Position numbers and translations under genes: made by a program
In this document: piece after piece, positions 48,993-59,544 of the stretch
Layout: each line of letters starts with the position of its first letter
Position numbering within the stretch: the first letter of the stretch is position 1
NCBI GenBank assembly: GCA_041640295.1
Contig: JBEQAR010000003.1
Location: 6,489 to 70,488 of the forward strand
Direction of reading: 5' to 3'
From: a bacterium
GTDB taxonomy: Bacteria > Patescibacteriota > Minisyncoccia > UBA6257 > HR35
Length of the DNA stretch: 64,000 nucleotides
Notes under the pieces: generated by a model
Told to the model about the DNA's origin: nothing
The model's database searches: none
What the model saw: the letters and a program-made list of their open reading frames with translations, nothing else

Positions 48993-50024
48993 TTAAATTT
49001 TTAGTGTGGGGAAAATTTCTAACTTGTCTGAACTAATAGCTTGTTGAGTAAAAAAATAACCAGTAAAAGCTATTTTAATTCCGTTATCAGTAGCTAATTG
49101 TTTTGGTGGAAAAATTAATTTATCTTTACCAAAATATTTTTTAAAAATTGATCTTAAGAATTGATTAGAGGCAACGCCACCGCTAATAATAATTGATCTT
49201 GGTTTAAATTTTTCATAAGCTTTTTTAGTTTTTATTAATAGAACTTCAAAAGCAATTTTTTGACAAGAGGCAGCTAAATCAGCTTTTGTATTATCATCCA
49301 GTTTTTTGTATTTTTTAACTTCTTCCACTAATTCCCAAAAGGCTGTTTTTAGGCCAGAAAAACTAAAATTAAAATTATTAGTCATTAACATTGGATAAGG
49401 TAAATTAAATATTGCTTTTCCTTTTCTAGCTAATTTTTCCAATTTCGGACCACCGGGGTATTCTAAACCTAAAATTCTAGCTGATTTATCTAAACTTTCT
49501 CCAACAGCATCATCAATAGTCTCGCCAATTTTTTTAAATTTAGTTAATGATTCAAAGTAAACTAAAATGGTATGACCACCAGAGATTAAAAGACCTAAAG
49601 CAGGAAAGTTTATTTTTTTAATCTCTTGAAAAATATTCAATCTATTTTGGGGTATTAAAACTGAATAAAAGTGGGCAAGTAAATGATTAACTGGAATAAC
49701 TTTTTTATCCAACTTATTTGCCAAATCAACAACAAATTCTTTGCCGGCAACTAAAGCTGGAGGTAATCCTGGACCATTTGCAAAAGAAATAAAATCAATG
49801 TTTTTCTCATCAAAATTAATTTCTTGAATTAAGTTTTTGTATAAAATAGGGAGATTTTTTTTATGTTCTCGGGCAGCTAAAATTGGCACTATTCCGCCGT
49901 AAGGAGAATGGATCTTAAATTGACTTCTTAGTTTATGGTTTAATATTTTAAACTTAGAATTCTTAAACTCAATTAAAGCTAAGCCTGTTTCATCGCAAGT
50001 AGTTTCAATACCCAAAATGATCAT
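48993..50024 (-). CDS. tsaD: tRNA N6-threonylcarbamoyltransferase
   Basis: GIETTCDET, GGIVP..AAREH, HLLAH, SGGHT, DDAVGE, FSFSGLKT, TDNG. Confidence 0.95.
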   Translation of the reverse strand: MIILGIETTCDETGLALIEFKNSKFKILNHKLRSQFKIHSPYGGIVPILAAREHKKNLPILYKNLIQEINFDEKNIDFISFANGPGLPPALVAGKEFVVDLANKLDKKVIPVNHLLAHFYSVLIPQNRLNIFQEIKKINFPALGLLISGGHTILVYFESLTKFKKIGETIDDAVGESLDKSARILGLEYPGGPKLEKLARKGKAIFNLPYPMLMTNNFNFSFSGLKTAFWELVEEVKKYKKLDDNTKADLAASCQKIAFEVLLIKTKKAYEKFKPRSIIISGGVASNQFLRSIFKKYFGKDKLIFPPKQLATDNGIKIAFTGYFFTQQAISSDKLEIFPTLKI

Positions 50025-50117
50025 CTATTTAAAAATATCAAGAAATAATTAATTTTTGAGAGTTGATATTAGTTTAATTAACTCAATAAAAAATTTTGAA
50101 ATATAAGCAGTTATTAT

Positions 50118-51470
50118 TTATTGACGACATTGAGGATATGTATTACTAACTTCTTGTCTATTACAGTTACAATTTTCATCAATAGTATTACCACCATACC
50201 TTTGCCAATCACCCCATCTACCATTATCCTGGCATCTTATGCGCCAATCACCAACAGAACCAGCGAACAAACATCTACACATTTCAACATTAACAGCATC
50301 ACACCTAGCCCTAACAGAAGTACCTAAAGCATTAACAGTACCTGTAGCATAGTATGTTCCACTTGCAGTAAAGGTAACTGATGTAGAAAAAATGGCTGTT
50401 GATGAATTATAATATGAAGACCAAGATATAGTTGAGGGTGAACCTCCAGAAGTAGCAATTTCTAAAGTAAAGGTAGCATAACCTATATTTTGATCAGAAG
50501 TAGCAGTTAGGGTGTAGACAGTGCTGCTATTTATTCTTACTGTAGTCGGGTTAACATTACAATTAAGAGATAGGGATGGCGGAGTTATGTTGTTTGTTAC
50601 ATAAATGGTTGCTGTGTTATAAGAAATTTTAATTAATTGATCACCCCCTCCACTTTTTACTAAAAACAAATTATATGTACCACTTGCAGCATTACTATTT
50701 ATACCAAGATTTCTTGTTATAAAAATTCGATTAATATCTCTAGTCTGATCATAAAAATCGGTATTCGAAAAACTAAAATGAACAAAACCGGATGGATTAG
50801 ATGTTATAACGCTATCAGCATTTGAAAGATTGGTTGGACAATACAATTTCTTATAATAAATAGAATAAGTAGTGGTGGCTGATTGATTGTTATTGTCCAA
50901 AATCACCATAGTAGATGTTGGAATAAGATAATATTGATCATCCCTACTTGCTGGATTTAAGGCAGTAGTTGAAGAAACAAGATAAAAATATATAGAACCA
51001 AAATCACTATTGCTTGACGAGGCTGAAATTTGCCACAATTCATAAGTACTTGTTACATTCCTGTTAAACATACCTTCAATAATACAATTATTTCCCTCAA
51101 CTCTTCCATTTAAGCCTTCGCAATTATTACTTAACGAGGTTGATGTTGGGTTTGGTTCTTTTCGCTCAAATCTCAGATTGATCCCCGTAGTCGCGGGAAT
51201 TTCTAATCTATAAAATGATTTATCTAAAACAGTGGTTGTAGGTGGTATAGCATAGAATTTATAAAAATCATCATATAGGTTTGGTTGTCTATTGATTCCC
51301 ACTTGAACTAAACTTCCTAATGAATTAAAACGAGCATTTGGGTAAACAGATAATTTCAACCCTCCTCCTGATTGTGCGCCTAAATAATTGTTTAAATAAA
51401 ATAGAGCAAGAAAAAGAATAACTATATTAAATAAAAATAATAAAGTTTTTCTCCTATTTAAAGCAAACAT
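50118..51470 (-). CDS. Hypothetical secreted S/T/N-rich protein with Cys-rich C-terminus
   Basis: N-terminal signal/TM, beta-rich composition, 7 Cys in the last 60 or so residues. Confidence 0.6.
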   Translation of the reverse strand: MFALNRRKTLLFLFNIVILFLALFYLNNYLGAQSGGGLKLSVYPNARFNSLGSLVQVGINRQPNLYDDFYKFYAIPPTTTVLDKSFYRLEIPATTGINLRFERKEPNPTSTSLSNNCEGLNGRVEGNNCIIEGMFNRNVTSTYELWQISASSSNSDFGSIYFYLVSSTTALNPASRDDQYYLIPTSTMVILDNNNQSATTTYSIYYKKLYCPTNLSNADSVITSNPSGFVHFSFSNTDFYDQTRDINRIFITRNLGINSNAASGTYNLFLVKSGGGDQLIKISYNTATIYVTNNITPPSLSLNCNVNPTTVRINSSTVYTLTATSDQNIGYATFTLEIATSGGSPSTISWSSYYNSSTAIFSTSVTFTASGTYYATGTVNALGTSVRARCDAVNVEMCRCLFAGSVGDWRIRCQDNGRWGDWQRYGGNTIDENCNCNRQEVSNTYPQCRQ

Positions 51471-51552
51471 ATTAAAAATTAAATTTTTATTTAATTAAAT
51501 TTTAAACTATTTAAAGTTTATTTTCAAGATATGTCAAGGTTTTGTGTTAAAT

Positions 51553-52701
51553 TTAACCCAAAAATAACTTTAATTTTTGAATCAAAAAATCAATATCGGT
51601 TTTATTAGTTTCGCGACCAAAAGAAAATCTTAGACTACAATTAGCTCTTTCAGGATATATTTTAGCCACTACTTGACTAGGGATAATTGCTCTTGATTGG
51701 CAAGCTGTTCCTGCTGAAACATAGATATCATTCTGATCCAAATACAAAAGTATTTCCATTGAAGTTTTATTAGGAAAATAAATATTAATAATTTTTGGAG
51801 TAGTTATTTCTAAATTACCGTTAATTTTGAAATCAATACCGTTTTTCTTTAATTGATTTAAAAAATAATCCCTGATTTCTGTCAAATGCTTTTTTAATTT
51901 TTCTCTTTCTTCAACAGCAAATTTTAATGCTTGAGCAAAACCAACAATTAAGGGTACATTTTCTGTACCTGGCCTTAAATTAAATTCTTGCTCTGAACCA
52001 GAAATTAGTTTTTCTAAAATAATATTAGATTTTTTGTACAAACAAGCAATACCCTTTGGACCATAAATTTTATGTCCAGACAATGTCATTAAATCAACGC
52101 CTAACTTTTTTACAGAAATTTCTTCAGTTAAGGGTGCTTGACTAGCATCAGTATGAAAATAAATTTTAATTTCTCTTTTTTGATTAATCCCAGTTAAGAT
52201 TTCTGAAATTTTTTGAATTGGTTGAATAATACCAATTTCGCTATTAACATAATGAACAGAAATTAAACAGGTGTTTTCTTTAATTAATTGAACGATTGAA
52301 CTATATTTTACAAGGCCATTATTATCTAATGGTAAAAAGTCAATTTCAATTAAATTATTTTTTTTTAAATCTAATAAAACTTCACTTACTGAAGGATGCT
52401 CAATTTCGGTGCTTATAATATGAGGTTTAATTTTCAGTCGATAAAATAAACAATAAACTAAACCCTTGATAGCTAAATTATTGCTTTCAGTTGCTGATGA
52501 AGTAAAAATAATTTCATTTAAATAATCTGCTTCTAATAAATTTCTAATTAAATTTCGCGATTGATCAACAGCCTTAAGAGCTAATTGACCAAAACGATGA
52601 ATACTAGAAGGATTAGCAAATAGTTTTATGAAATAAGGCTTCATTACTTCAAAAACTCTTTTATCAACAGGTGTTGTTGAGGCATAATCTAAATAAATCA
52701 T
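51553..52701 (-). CDS. iscS: Cysteine desulfurase (IscS/NifS family)
   Basis: IYLDYASTTP, ANPSS, EHPSV, SGHKIYGPKG, SAGTAC. Confidence 0.9.
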   Translation of the reverse strand: MIYLDYASTTPVDKRVFEVMKPYFIKLFANPSSIHRFGQLALKAVDQSRNLIRNLLEADYLNEIIFTSSATESNNLAIKGLVYCLFYRLKIKPHIISTEIEHPSVSEVLLDLKKNNLIEIDFLPLDNNGLVKYSSIVQLIKENTCLISVHYVNSEIGIIQPIQKISEILTGINQKREIKIYFHTDASQAPLTEEISVKKLGVDLMTLSGHKIYGPKGIACLYKKSNIILEKLISGSEQEFNLRPGTENVPLIVGFAQALKFAVEEREKLKKHLTEIRDYFLNQLKKNGIDFKINGNLEITTPKIINIYFPNKTSMEILLYLDQNDIYVSAGTACQSRAIIPSQVVAKIYPERANCSLRFSFGRETNKTDIDFLIQKLKLFLG

Positions 52702-52702
52702 T

Positions 52703-53542
52703 TTAACGAGTGGTAGTAGCAATTACTCCAAAAATGTCATAAACCGGTCTTGCCCATATAGTATTTCCTGACACAGTAACGGTAGTCGAGGCTCCTAAGG
52801 AACAATAATCTCTGTGTGGATCAACGGCAAAAAGAACAAAAAGATATCTTTTATCCGAAACAGGCAGGCTTATAGTATAATTAATTGTTTCTAAAGACGT
52901 ACAATAAATAGTATTTCTATCTGGGGGAAATCGAGATAATCTTTGAGTTGGTTGATTAAGAGGCACTGAATCTAATCCAGAAAAATCTATTCTATCTCCT
53001 GAAATAGAATTGTCTCGAGTATTATATCTACTACCATAAATTCCCCAACAGTCAATTCTATTTTGTCTATTTTGATTATCATTTCCATATTGACACAAAA
53101 CATAAGCTCTCTCGCGTGTAGTCTGAAAGGTAAGAGATAAATCACAATTATTATTATGAGCCACGATGGACAGGTTTGTTAAAATCTGAAAAGAACCTGA
53201 TAATGTAATAATTTGACAATTAATTTCACCCCCTCCACTCGTTCCTGAGCCTGTACCACTTCTAGTTCCATTTGTCCCTGACCCAGTTGTTAAACTATTG
53301 TTAGGTAATGAACTTATTGAAGCACCTTTCTCCAAAAATGATAAAATTATCACTGGAATAGAATAAACTGAAATCAAAAGAGCTAAGCCTAAAACTACAT
53401 AAGGAAGATTTTTCTTAACTTCGTCGTATTTTTTGAAATAAAATAAGATTCCTAAATAAATAAAAACTCCGGCTGAGCCTAAAACTATTATGGTTTGTAA
53501 AATTCTTAATAAAGTATTAAGGATTCTTATGATTTCTTCCAT
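52703..53542 (-). CDS. VirB2/TrbC-like pilin with G/S/T linker and C-terminal extracellular domain
   Basis: Two-TM pilin core (FIYLGILFY...KKNLPYVVLGL), GSGT-rich linker, Cys-containing domain. Confidence 0.6.
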   Translation of the reverse strand: MEEIIRILNTLLRILQTIIVLGSAGVFIYLGILFYFKKYDEVKKNLPYVVLGLALLISVYSIPVIILSFLEKGASISSLPNNSLTTGSGTNGTRSGTGSGTSGGGEINCQIITLSGSFQILTNLSIVAHNNNCDLSLTFQTTRERAYVLCQYGNDNQNRQNRIDCWGIYGSRYNTRDNSISGDRIDFSGLDSVPLNQPTQRLSRFPPDRNTIYCTSLETINYTISLPVSDKRYLFVLFAVDPHRDYCSLGASTTVTVSGNTIWARPVYDIFGVIATTTR

Positions 53543-53544
53543 TT

Positions 53545-53802
53545 TTAAAATTTAGGTACTAATACTCGAATTAAATCAAAAATTATATTTCGGTTAATAA
53601 ATATTATACCCAATAAAATTATTCCTAGAATAATAAACAATAAAGAGGTTTTAAATTCTCCATAATCTTTTTTTTGCCAATAATTTTTAACCCCTAAATA
53701 AATAAAGCCGAAAATGGCTAAAAAAATAGCAAAAAGAAGTAAATATTGGGCTAAGTTAGAGAAAAAATTAAGAATTGGTTGAGTAATATGAGAAAGCATC
53801 AA
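53545..53802 (-). CDS. VirB2/TrbC-like pilin
   Basis: FIYLGVKNY...KTSLLFIILGI two-TM pattern. Confidence 0.6.
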   Translation of the reverse strand: MMLSHITQPILNFFSNLAQYLLLFAIFLAIFGFIYLGVKNYWQKKDYGEFKTSLLFIILGIILLGIIFINRNIIFDLIRVLVPKF

Positions 53803-54078
53803 CTATCTTAAGAATGAAAAAATTATTAATGGAATAGAAAAGGAGGCAATAATAAAAACAATTCCTAAAATAATGAAAATTAATTCAGAATGCCAATCTT
53901 TTCCTTGACTAGTTGTATATTTAATTCCAGCAATAATTAACAAAGCAATTCCTAAAATTAAACCTAAATTAAAAAATATCCACAACAAACCTTCAAATTT
54001 ACATAAAAAATAGTCTAAACCAGAAAGATTAGCGCATCCAACTTCTTTACCAATTTGAGCAAGAACTTCATTCAACAT
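53803..54078 (-). CDS. VirB2/TrbC-like pilin
   Basis: LIIAGIKYTTSQG...IFIILGI. Confidence 0.65.
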   Translation of the reverse strand: MLNEVLAQIGKEVGCANLSGLDYFLCKFEGLLWIFFNLGLILGIALLIIAGIKYTTSQGKDWHSELIFIILGIVFIIASFSIPLIIFSFLR

Positions 54079-54090
54079 TAAAATATTTTA

Positions 54091-55671
54091 TTAAAAATTA
54101 ATTCTAATAATTTCTGGCTCAGCTAATCTTAATGTTGTACTACAATTACTAATATTCAATATTGAATACTCAATTTGTATGAAAGTGTTTTGAGGTAAAT
54201 TAATAGGTAATTGTACAATATTTTGCGATTCATTAGCTTCATAGGGTAAATTAAAAGAAAATGTTTTAGTAAACCTTCGCCAATCTAAACCTATAACTTC
54301 ACCATTTTGGTCTAAATTAATATTAGTAGCATTAGCTGCTTTTATTGATAAAGTTAATCGGCAAGTTCCGTTATTTGTTGGTGGATTTTGAAGGTCGTAA
54401 GAAAATCTTATATAAAACGGTGGATCAAATAAAAAATAATCAGCGATATTTGTTAACCAATTTGAGCTTGAAAAGAAGTTTTGTAGTGCTCTAAAAAAAT
54501 TAGTAGTAATAATATTTCTGTTAATTCTGAATGTTTGTACTCCATAAATTTCTACATCAATACTTTGCAAAACAACTTCAACTCTTGTAGATGGTGTTCT
54601 TAAATCGTATTGTGATAAATTAACATTACAATTATCTGAAGAAAAATAAAGGCGAAGTGTATCACCAGGTCGAACATTTAAAACGTTAATCTGAATCATA
54701 TTGGGTGTAGTGTTAACTTGAATATTATTTCTTGAGGGTAATGTTTGACCGCTTCTAAGATTAAAAACTAAAACATTTAAACTACAATTATTATTACTGC
54801 TAGCAATAAAATTAATATTATTATCAGCGTAGGTTATTGATGAGGGATCAATATTTATTCTACCACCTCTTTGTTGCTGTTGTTGATTTTGTTGACCTTG
54901 ATTTTGCTGTCCTTGATTTTGTTGATTAACAGCAACGAAAGTACCTCCTGATAATCCCCTTTCTAAAGCAACAACAAAACTCATGGCTAATACTCCAACC
55001 ACCACCCCTAAAAGTCCATAATAAAAACGACTGTGTATCTGGCTAGCATTTGTAGGATTAGTAATATACAGTATTCCTGCCCAAATTAAGAAAATTACAC
55101 CCAAAAATAAAGTTAAAGTATAGAAAAACCTAAGAATATAAGTTAATAACCATAAAGCACATTGTCCTATGCCTTGCTCACAATAATTTACTCGGGGTAT
55201 ACCTCCTTGTTGGCTACTTGGTCCTACATAAATGGATACTAACCTATTATTTTCAATTTTTACATTTAAAACAGCTAAATCTAAAACAGCATCTGGTGAT
55301 ATTTGTAAATGCTGAGCTAATCGATTCCTTTCAGCTTGATCAGTTTTAATTACTTCATCAGCTGCTTGAGTTAAAAGAATATTCCAATTACCATAATTTT
55401 CTCTAACGGCTTGATTCACGGAAATTTGAGGATCATTACTAACTATAGTACCACCACTAACCGCAAAAAGTGTGCTGGTATTATAAATTCTATTTAATAA
55501 TTCAGCTGCTTTCGCTCTAACTTTATCTATAAAGGTAGAATCAGTAATTTCTCTAATTTCTCGTGAGGTTTTTATTCCGAATTGAAAAGGATTAAAAAAA
55601 TAATCTTGAGCAAAAACTAATAAGGGTATAAAAATTAGTAATATTAAAATTTTGATAATATTTTTGTTCAT
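54091..55671 (-). CDS. Large pilin-domain protein with N- and C-terminal extensions and Q-rich linker
   Basis: Central LIWAGILYITNP...YYGLLG pilin core; NQQNQGQQNQGQQNQQQQQ linker. Confidence 0.6.
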   Translation of the reverse strand: MNKNIIKILILLIFIPLLVFAQDYFFNPFQFGIKTSREIREITDSTFIDKVRAKAAELLNRIYNTSTLFAVSGGTIVSNDPQISVNQAVRENYGNWNILLTQAADEVIKTDQAERNRLAQHLQISPDAVLDLAVLNVKIENNRLVSIYVGPSSQQGGIPRVNYCEQGIGQCALWLLTYILRFFYTLTLFLGVIFLIWAGILYITNPTNASQIHSRFYYGLLGVVVGVLAMSFVVALERGLSGGTFVAVNQQNQGQQNQGQQNQQQQQRGGRINIDPSSITYADNNINFIASSNNNCSLNVLVFNLRSGQTLPSRNNIQVNTTPNMIQINVLNVRPGDTLRLYFSSDNCNVNLSQYDLRTPSTRVEVVLQSIDVEIYGVQTFRINRNIITTNFFRALQNFFSSSNWLTNIADYFLFDPPFYIRFSYDLQNPPTNNGTCRLTLSIKAANATNINLDQNGEVIGLDWRRFTKTFSFNLPYEANESQNIVQLPINLPQNTFIQIEYSILNISNCSTTLRLAEPEIIRINF

Positions 55672-56067
55672 TTAACCGCGGGTTAGGCTAAATTCAATAG
55701 CTTTAACTAAACTAAAGGCTAAAATAGTAATTATAGCTCCAATAACTGCCCATAAAAGATATTTTTTAGCATTTTCATCATTTGGTTTTGTAGCAAATAA
55801 TAAACCACTATATATTATAAACCCAACTGATAATAAAAGTGAAAGAGTATAAAGTAAAGTAAGAATTTTTTGAGCTAACCATAACATACACCTACTTAAT
55901 AATCCTGGTGGTATTGGTTGACCTCTTAAAACATCGAAAATTGTTATTGGAGTACAAACTCTTTGAGGGATAAATTGAAGTTGCTGAGCATAAATATTAG
56001 GAATATAAAATATATTAAGGAAAATTATATTAAGAATAAACAAAGTTAAAATAATTTCTCTTTTCAT
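55672..56067 (-). CDS. VirB2/TrbC-like pilin
   Basis: Signal peptide; IIYSGLLFAT...AKKYLLWAVIG. Confidence 0.7.
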   Translation of the reverse strand: MKREIILTLFILNIIFLNIFYIPNIYAQQLQFIPQRVCTPITIFDVLRGQPIPPGLLSRCMLWLAQKILTLLYTLSLLLSVGFIIYSGLLFATKPNDENAKKYLLWAVIGAIITILAFSLVKAIEFSLTRG

Positions 56068-56083
56068 TTTCTAACCAAATTTT

Positions 56084-56425
56084 TTAACCAACACTACCCG
56101 TTCTTACAACATTTTCAATTAATAAAACTAAACTATAAGAAATTAAAGCAACAACTAAACCAATAATTATCCAAACTAAATTTTTGCCTAAATTTTTAAA
56201 CTCACCTGGTTGAAGAATTATTCTTAATCCTGTTAAGGCAATTAAAATTATTGAAAAAGCTAAAGAAAGCCAAATTAAAATTCTAAATAACCACCAAAAT
56301 AATAACAGCAGACAGGGTAAGATATTATCACAAACTAATGGAGCTGGGATTGGCTCTGAGGAAGGTAATCCAAATTGTGGATTAAAAGGATAATTAAGTG
56401 TTTGGAGAATAATAAAAAGATTCAT
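56084..56425 (-). CDS. VirB2/TrbC-like pilin
   Basis: IALTGLRII...KNLVWIIIGLVVALISY. Confidence 0.65.
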   Translation of the reverse strand: MNLFIILQTLNYPFNPQFGLPSSEPIPAPLVCDNILPCLLLLFWWLFRILIWLSLAFSIILIALTGLRIILQPGEFKNLGKNLVWIIIGLVVALISYSLVLLIENVVRTGSVG

Positions 56426-56440
56426 AATCTATTTCATCTT

Positions 56441-56812
56441 TTATCCTCCCAATTGACCACTTTGAATAAATTGAGCTAAAAGATTAACCACTGCCCAAGA
56501 TATCAAAGCAATAATTAATCCTACTATTCCATAAACAATTTTTCCCTTACCTTCATCAAATTTTCCTTGAACAATTATTAATATACCTGCCCAAGCAAAG
56601 AAAATAACAGCAAAGGCTAAAGCTAACCAGATCAATACTCTAAAAACTATTTGAAATATAGTTAAAATGGTTTCTCTTGGATTATCAGATATAACACCTG
56701 CTTGAGGATTATCTACTGGAAATTCTGGTAAGTCTTGACCATTAATATAAAAGGGTACAAAAAGCGAGAGAAAAAGATAAACTAAAAAACTATAAATAAA
56801 TACTTTTTTCAT
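56441..56812 (-). CDS. VirB2/TrbC-like pilin (first in array)
   Basis: Signal peptide; FAWAGILII...GKGKIVYGIVGLIIALISW. Confidence 0.7.
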   Translation of the reverse strand: MKKVFIYSFLVYLFLSLFVPFYINGQDLPEFPVDNPQAGVISDNPRETILTIFQIVFRVLIWLALAFAVIFFAWAGILIIVQGKFDEGKGKIVYGIVGLIIALISWAVVNLLAQFIQSGQLGG

Positions 56813-56911
56813 TTTTTAAAAATTTTAATTTTAATACGACCTAATGTTAATTTATAATTACTAATAATTATAAAATAAAATTAATTTAAATTTAACTTAA
56901 ATTTGTGGATA

Positions 56912-58411
56912 ATGTTAGCTAAAATTCATTCAGCGATTTTAGATGGTTTAGAGGGAAAAATTATTGAGGTTGAAGCTGGTTTAATGAACGGATTAAATAG
57001 TTTTTCTATTATTGGTTTAACAGATAAGGCAATTCAAGAAGCTAAAGAAAGGGTAAATTTAGCTCTTAAATCAATCAATGCTAAACCGCCCGTCAAATTC
57101 AACAAAAGAATAGTTATCAACTTAGCTCCAGCGAATATTAAAAAAGAAGGTTCTTATTTAGATTTAGCAATCACAATTAGCTTCTTAATAGCTTCAAAAC
57201 AAATAAAAAAACCAACAAAAAAAATTTTATTCTTAGGTGAACTTTCTCTTGATGGAAAATTGAGAAGAATAAAGGGAGTTTTGCCTATTATTTTAACTTT
57301 ACAAAATGATTTTGATGAAATTTATTTACCTGAAGAAAACTTAAATGAAGTAAAATATTTAAAAATTAACAAAATTTATCTATTTAAAAATCTAAAAGAA
57401 GTTATCGATCATTTGGAAAAATTAAAATTAAAAGAAAGACTAAAACCAGAAGAAATTATTCCAACTGATGATAGTGACCAGGATTTAAGTTTTATAAAAA
57501 TATCTGATTTTATTTTTAGAGCATTGTTAGTGTCAGCCAGTGGTAGGCATAATTTACTTCTCTTTGGTCCACCAGGAACGGGTAAAACTTTAATCGCTAA
57601 AAATTTAATAAACTTATTACCAAAATTAACTTATCAAGAAGCAATTGAGGTGAGTAGTATTTATAGTGCTTGCGGTTATGAATTAGATAAATTGATTTTT
57701 TTACCACCATTTAGAAATCCTCATCATTCTTCATCAGCTACCTCAATTATAGGTGGTGGACAAAATCCAAAACCTGGGGAAATTACTTTAGCTCATAGAG
57801 GTATTTTGTTTTTTGATGAATTGCCTGAATTTAAAAGAGATATTTTAGAAGCCTTAAGAGAACCATTAGAAAATGGTGAAATTACTATTGGTCGGGCTAA
57901 AACTACTGTCAAATTTCCGGCAAAATTTTTATTTATCGGTGCCTACAATCCTTGTCCATGCGGTTTTTATAATGACCCTCAAAAAGAATGCCGTTGTACT
58001 TTAGCTGAAATAAATAAATATCATAAAAAATTATCAGGGCCAATTTTGGACAGAATTGATATTCAAATTAATGTACCTAGATTAAAATCGAAAGAAATGT
58101 TAGCTGAATCTAATTTGGATTTTAAAACTATTAGAGAAAAGATAAAAGAATTAAAAGAAAAACAATTTAAAAGGCAAAATAAATACAATAGCGAACTTTC
58201 ACCAAAAGAAATTAAAATTTATTGTCGAATAGATAATTCGGCTGAAAAATTATTATATCAAGCTGCTGAAAGGCTTTGTTTATCTCCCAGGGGTATTCAT
58301 AAAATTATAAAAATTAGTAAAACAATTGCTGATTTGGAAAATAAAGAGATAATTAATCAAGATCATATTGCCGAAGCTTTACAATATCGATTAACTAATT
58401 CAGATTTCTAA
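56912..58411 (+). CDS. comM: YifB/ComM Mg-chelatase-like AAA ATPase
   Basis: INLAPA, GELSLDG, GPPGTGKT, PHHS, LAHRGILFFDE, NPCPCG, SGPILDRID. Confidence 0.93.
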   Translation: MLAKIHSAILDGLEGKIIEVEAGLMNGLNSFSIIGLTDKAIQEAKERVNLALKSINAKPPVKFNKRIVINLAPANIKKEGSYLDLAITISFLIASKQIKKPTKKILFLGELSLDGKLRRIKGVLPIILTLQNDFDEIYLPEENLNEVKYLKINKIYLFKNLKEVIDHLEKLKLKERLKPEEIIPTDDSDQDLSFIKISDFIFRALLVSASGRHNLLLFGPPGTGKTLIAKNLINLLPKLTYQEAIEVSSIYSACGYELDKLIFLPPFRNPHHSSSATSIIGGGQNPKPGEITLAHRGILFFDELPEFKRDILEALREPLENGEITIGRAKTTVKFPAKFLFIGAYNPCPCGFYNDPQKECRCTLAEINKYHKKLSGPILDRIDIQINVPRLKSKEMLAESNLDFKTIREKIKELKEKQFKRQNKYNSELSPKEIKIYCRIDNSAEKLLYQAAERLCLSPRGIHKIIKISKTIADLENKEIINQDHIAEALQYRLTNSDF

Positions 58412-59544
58412 TGATTAATTTAAAGAAATTACAATTATTACGATTAAATAAAAATAAAATAAAAAATAAACGAATTATTGTTAGGGTAGATTACAATATT
58501 GAACTTAAAAATAAGAAATTTGAAGATCGGTATAGAATTGAAAAAAGTTTACCTACAATTAAATTTCTTTTAACTCATCAAGCAAAACAAATAATTTTAA
58601 TCACCCATTTAGGTAGACCAAAAAATAATAAAGATAAAAATCTATCAACTAAAAAGATATTACCTTTATTAAAAAAATATTTTAAAGAAGTTAATTATTA
58701 TTATTGGCAACCGGGAAAACCAATACCGAACCATCAATTAATTATTTTAGAAAATATTAGATTTTTTAAAGAAGAAGAAAATAATGATGAGAAATTTGCT
58801 TATCAATTAAGTAAGATTGGGGATGTTTTTGTTAATGAAGCTTTTTCTGTCTCCCATCGTCGACATTCCTCAGTTTATCAATTGCAGAAATTTTTGCCCA
58901 CTTTATATGGCCTTAATTTTGAAAATGAAATAAAAAATTTAAACAAAGCTTTTAAAATAAAAAGGGGGGTAGGAGTAATTATTGGGGGTATTAAAATAGA
59001 AACTAAATTAGATTTAATAAAAAACTTTTCAAAAAAAGCTGAATTAATTATTTTAGTTGGAGCAATCGCTAATACATTTTTAAAAGCAAAAAATTTCGAA
59101 GTGGGAAAATCTATAATTGATCAAGAAAAAATTAATGATGTTCGGCAATTATCAAGTAATAAAATAATCATTCCTTTTGATTTTCAAACTAATAAAGGTT
59201 ATCGTCATTTAGGAGAAATTAAAAAAGACGAAATTATTTATGACATCGGACAAGAAAGTATTCACTCTTTTATTGATTCGCTTAAGAATTGCCAACTAAT
59301 AATTTGGAATGGACCATTAGGATGGATAGAAAATAAAAAATATTCTCTTGGTTCTAAATCTTTTGCTCGGGCATTAGCAAAATTAAAAGCTTATAAAATT
59401 ATTGGAGGGGGAGAAACATTGTCGGTTGTTCATTCTTTAAATTTAGAAAATAAATTTAATTTTATTTCCACTGGAGGAGGAGCGATGCTTTATTACTTAG
59501 CTTTTGAAAATTTACCTATCTTTGAAAATAATATTAAAAAATGA
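58411..59544 (+). CDS. pgk: Phosphoglycerate kinase
   Basis: RVDYN, THLGRP, LENIRF, WNGPLG, GGGET, STGGGA. Confidence 0.95.
   Translation: MINLKKLQLLRLNKNKIKNKRIIVRVDYNIELKNKKFEDRYRIEKSLPTIKFLLTHQAKQIILITHLGRPKNNKDKNLSTKKILPLLKKYFKEVNYYYWQPGKPIPNHQLIILENIRFFKEEENNDEKFAYQLSKIGDVFVNEAFSVSHRRHSSVYQLQKFLPTLYGLNFENEIKNLNKAFKIKRGVGVIIGGIKIETKLDLIKNFSKKAELIILVGAIANTFLKAKNFEVGKSIIDQEKINDVRQLSSNKIIIPFDFQTNKGYRHLGEIKKDEIIYDIGQESIHSFIDSLKNCQLIIWNGPLGWIENKKYSLGSKSFARALAKLKAYKIIGGGETLSVVHSLNLENKFNFISTGGGAMLYYLAFENLPIFENNIKK

Noticed and set aside
54871-54928. Short tandem repeats in the large pilin gene and at 2500-2600
   Set aside because: They simply encode Gln/Asn-rich linkers; no evidence of a separate element or phase variation.
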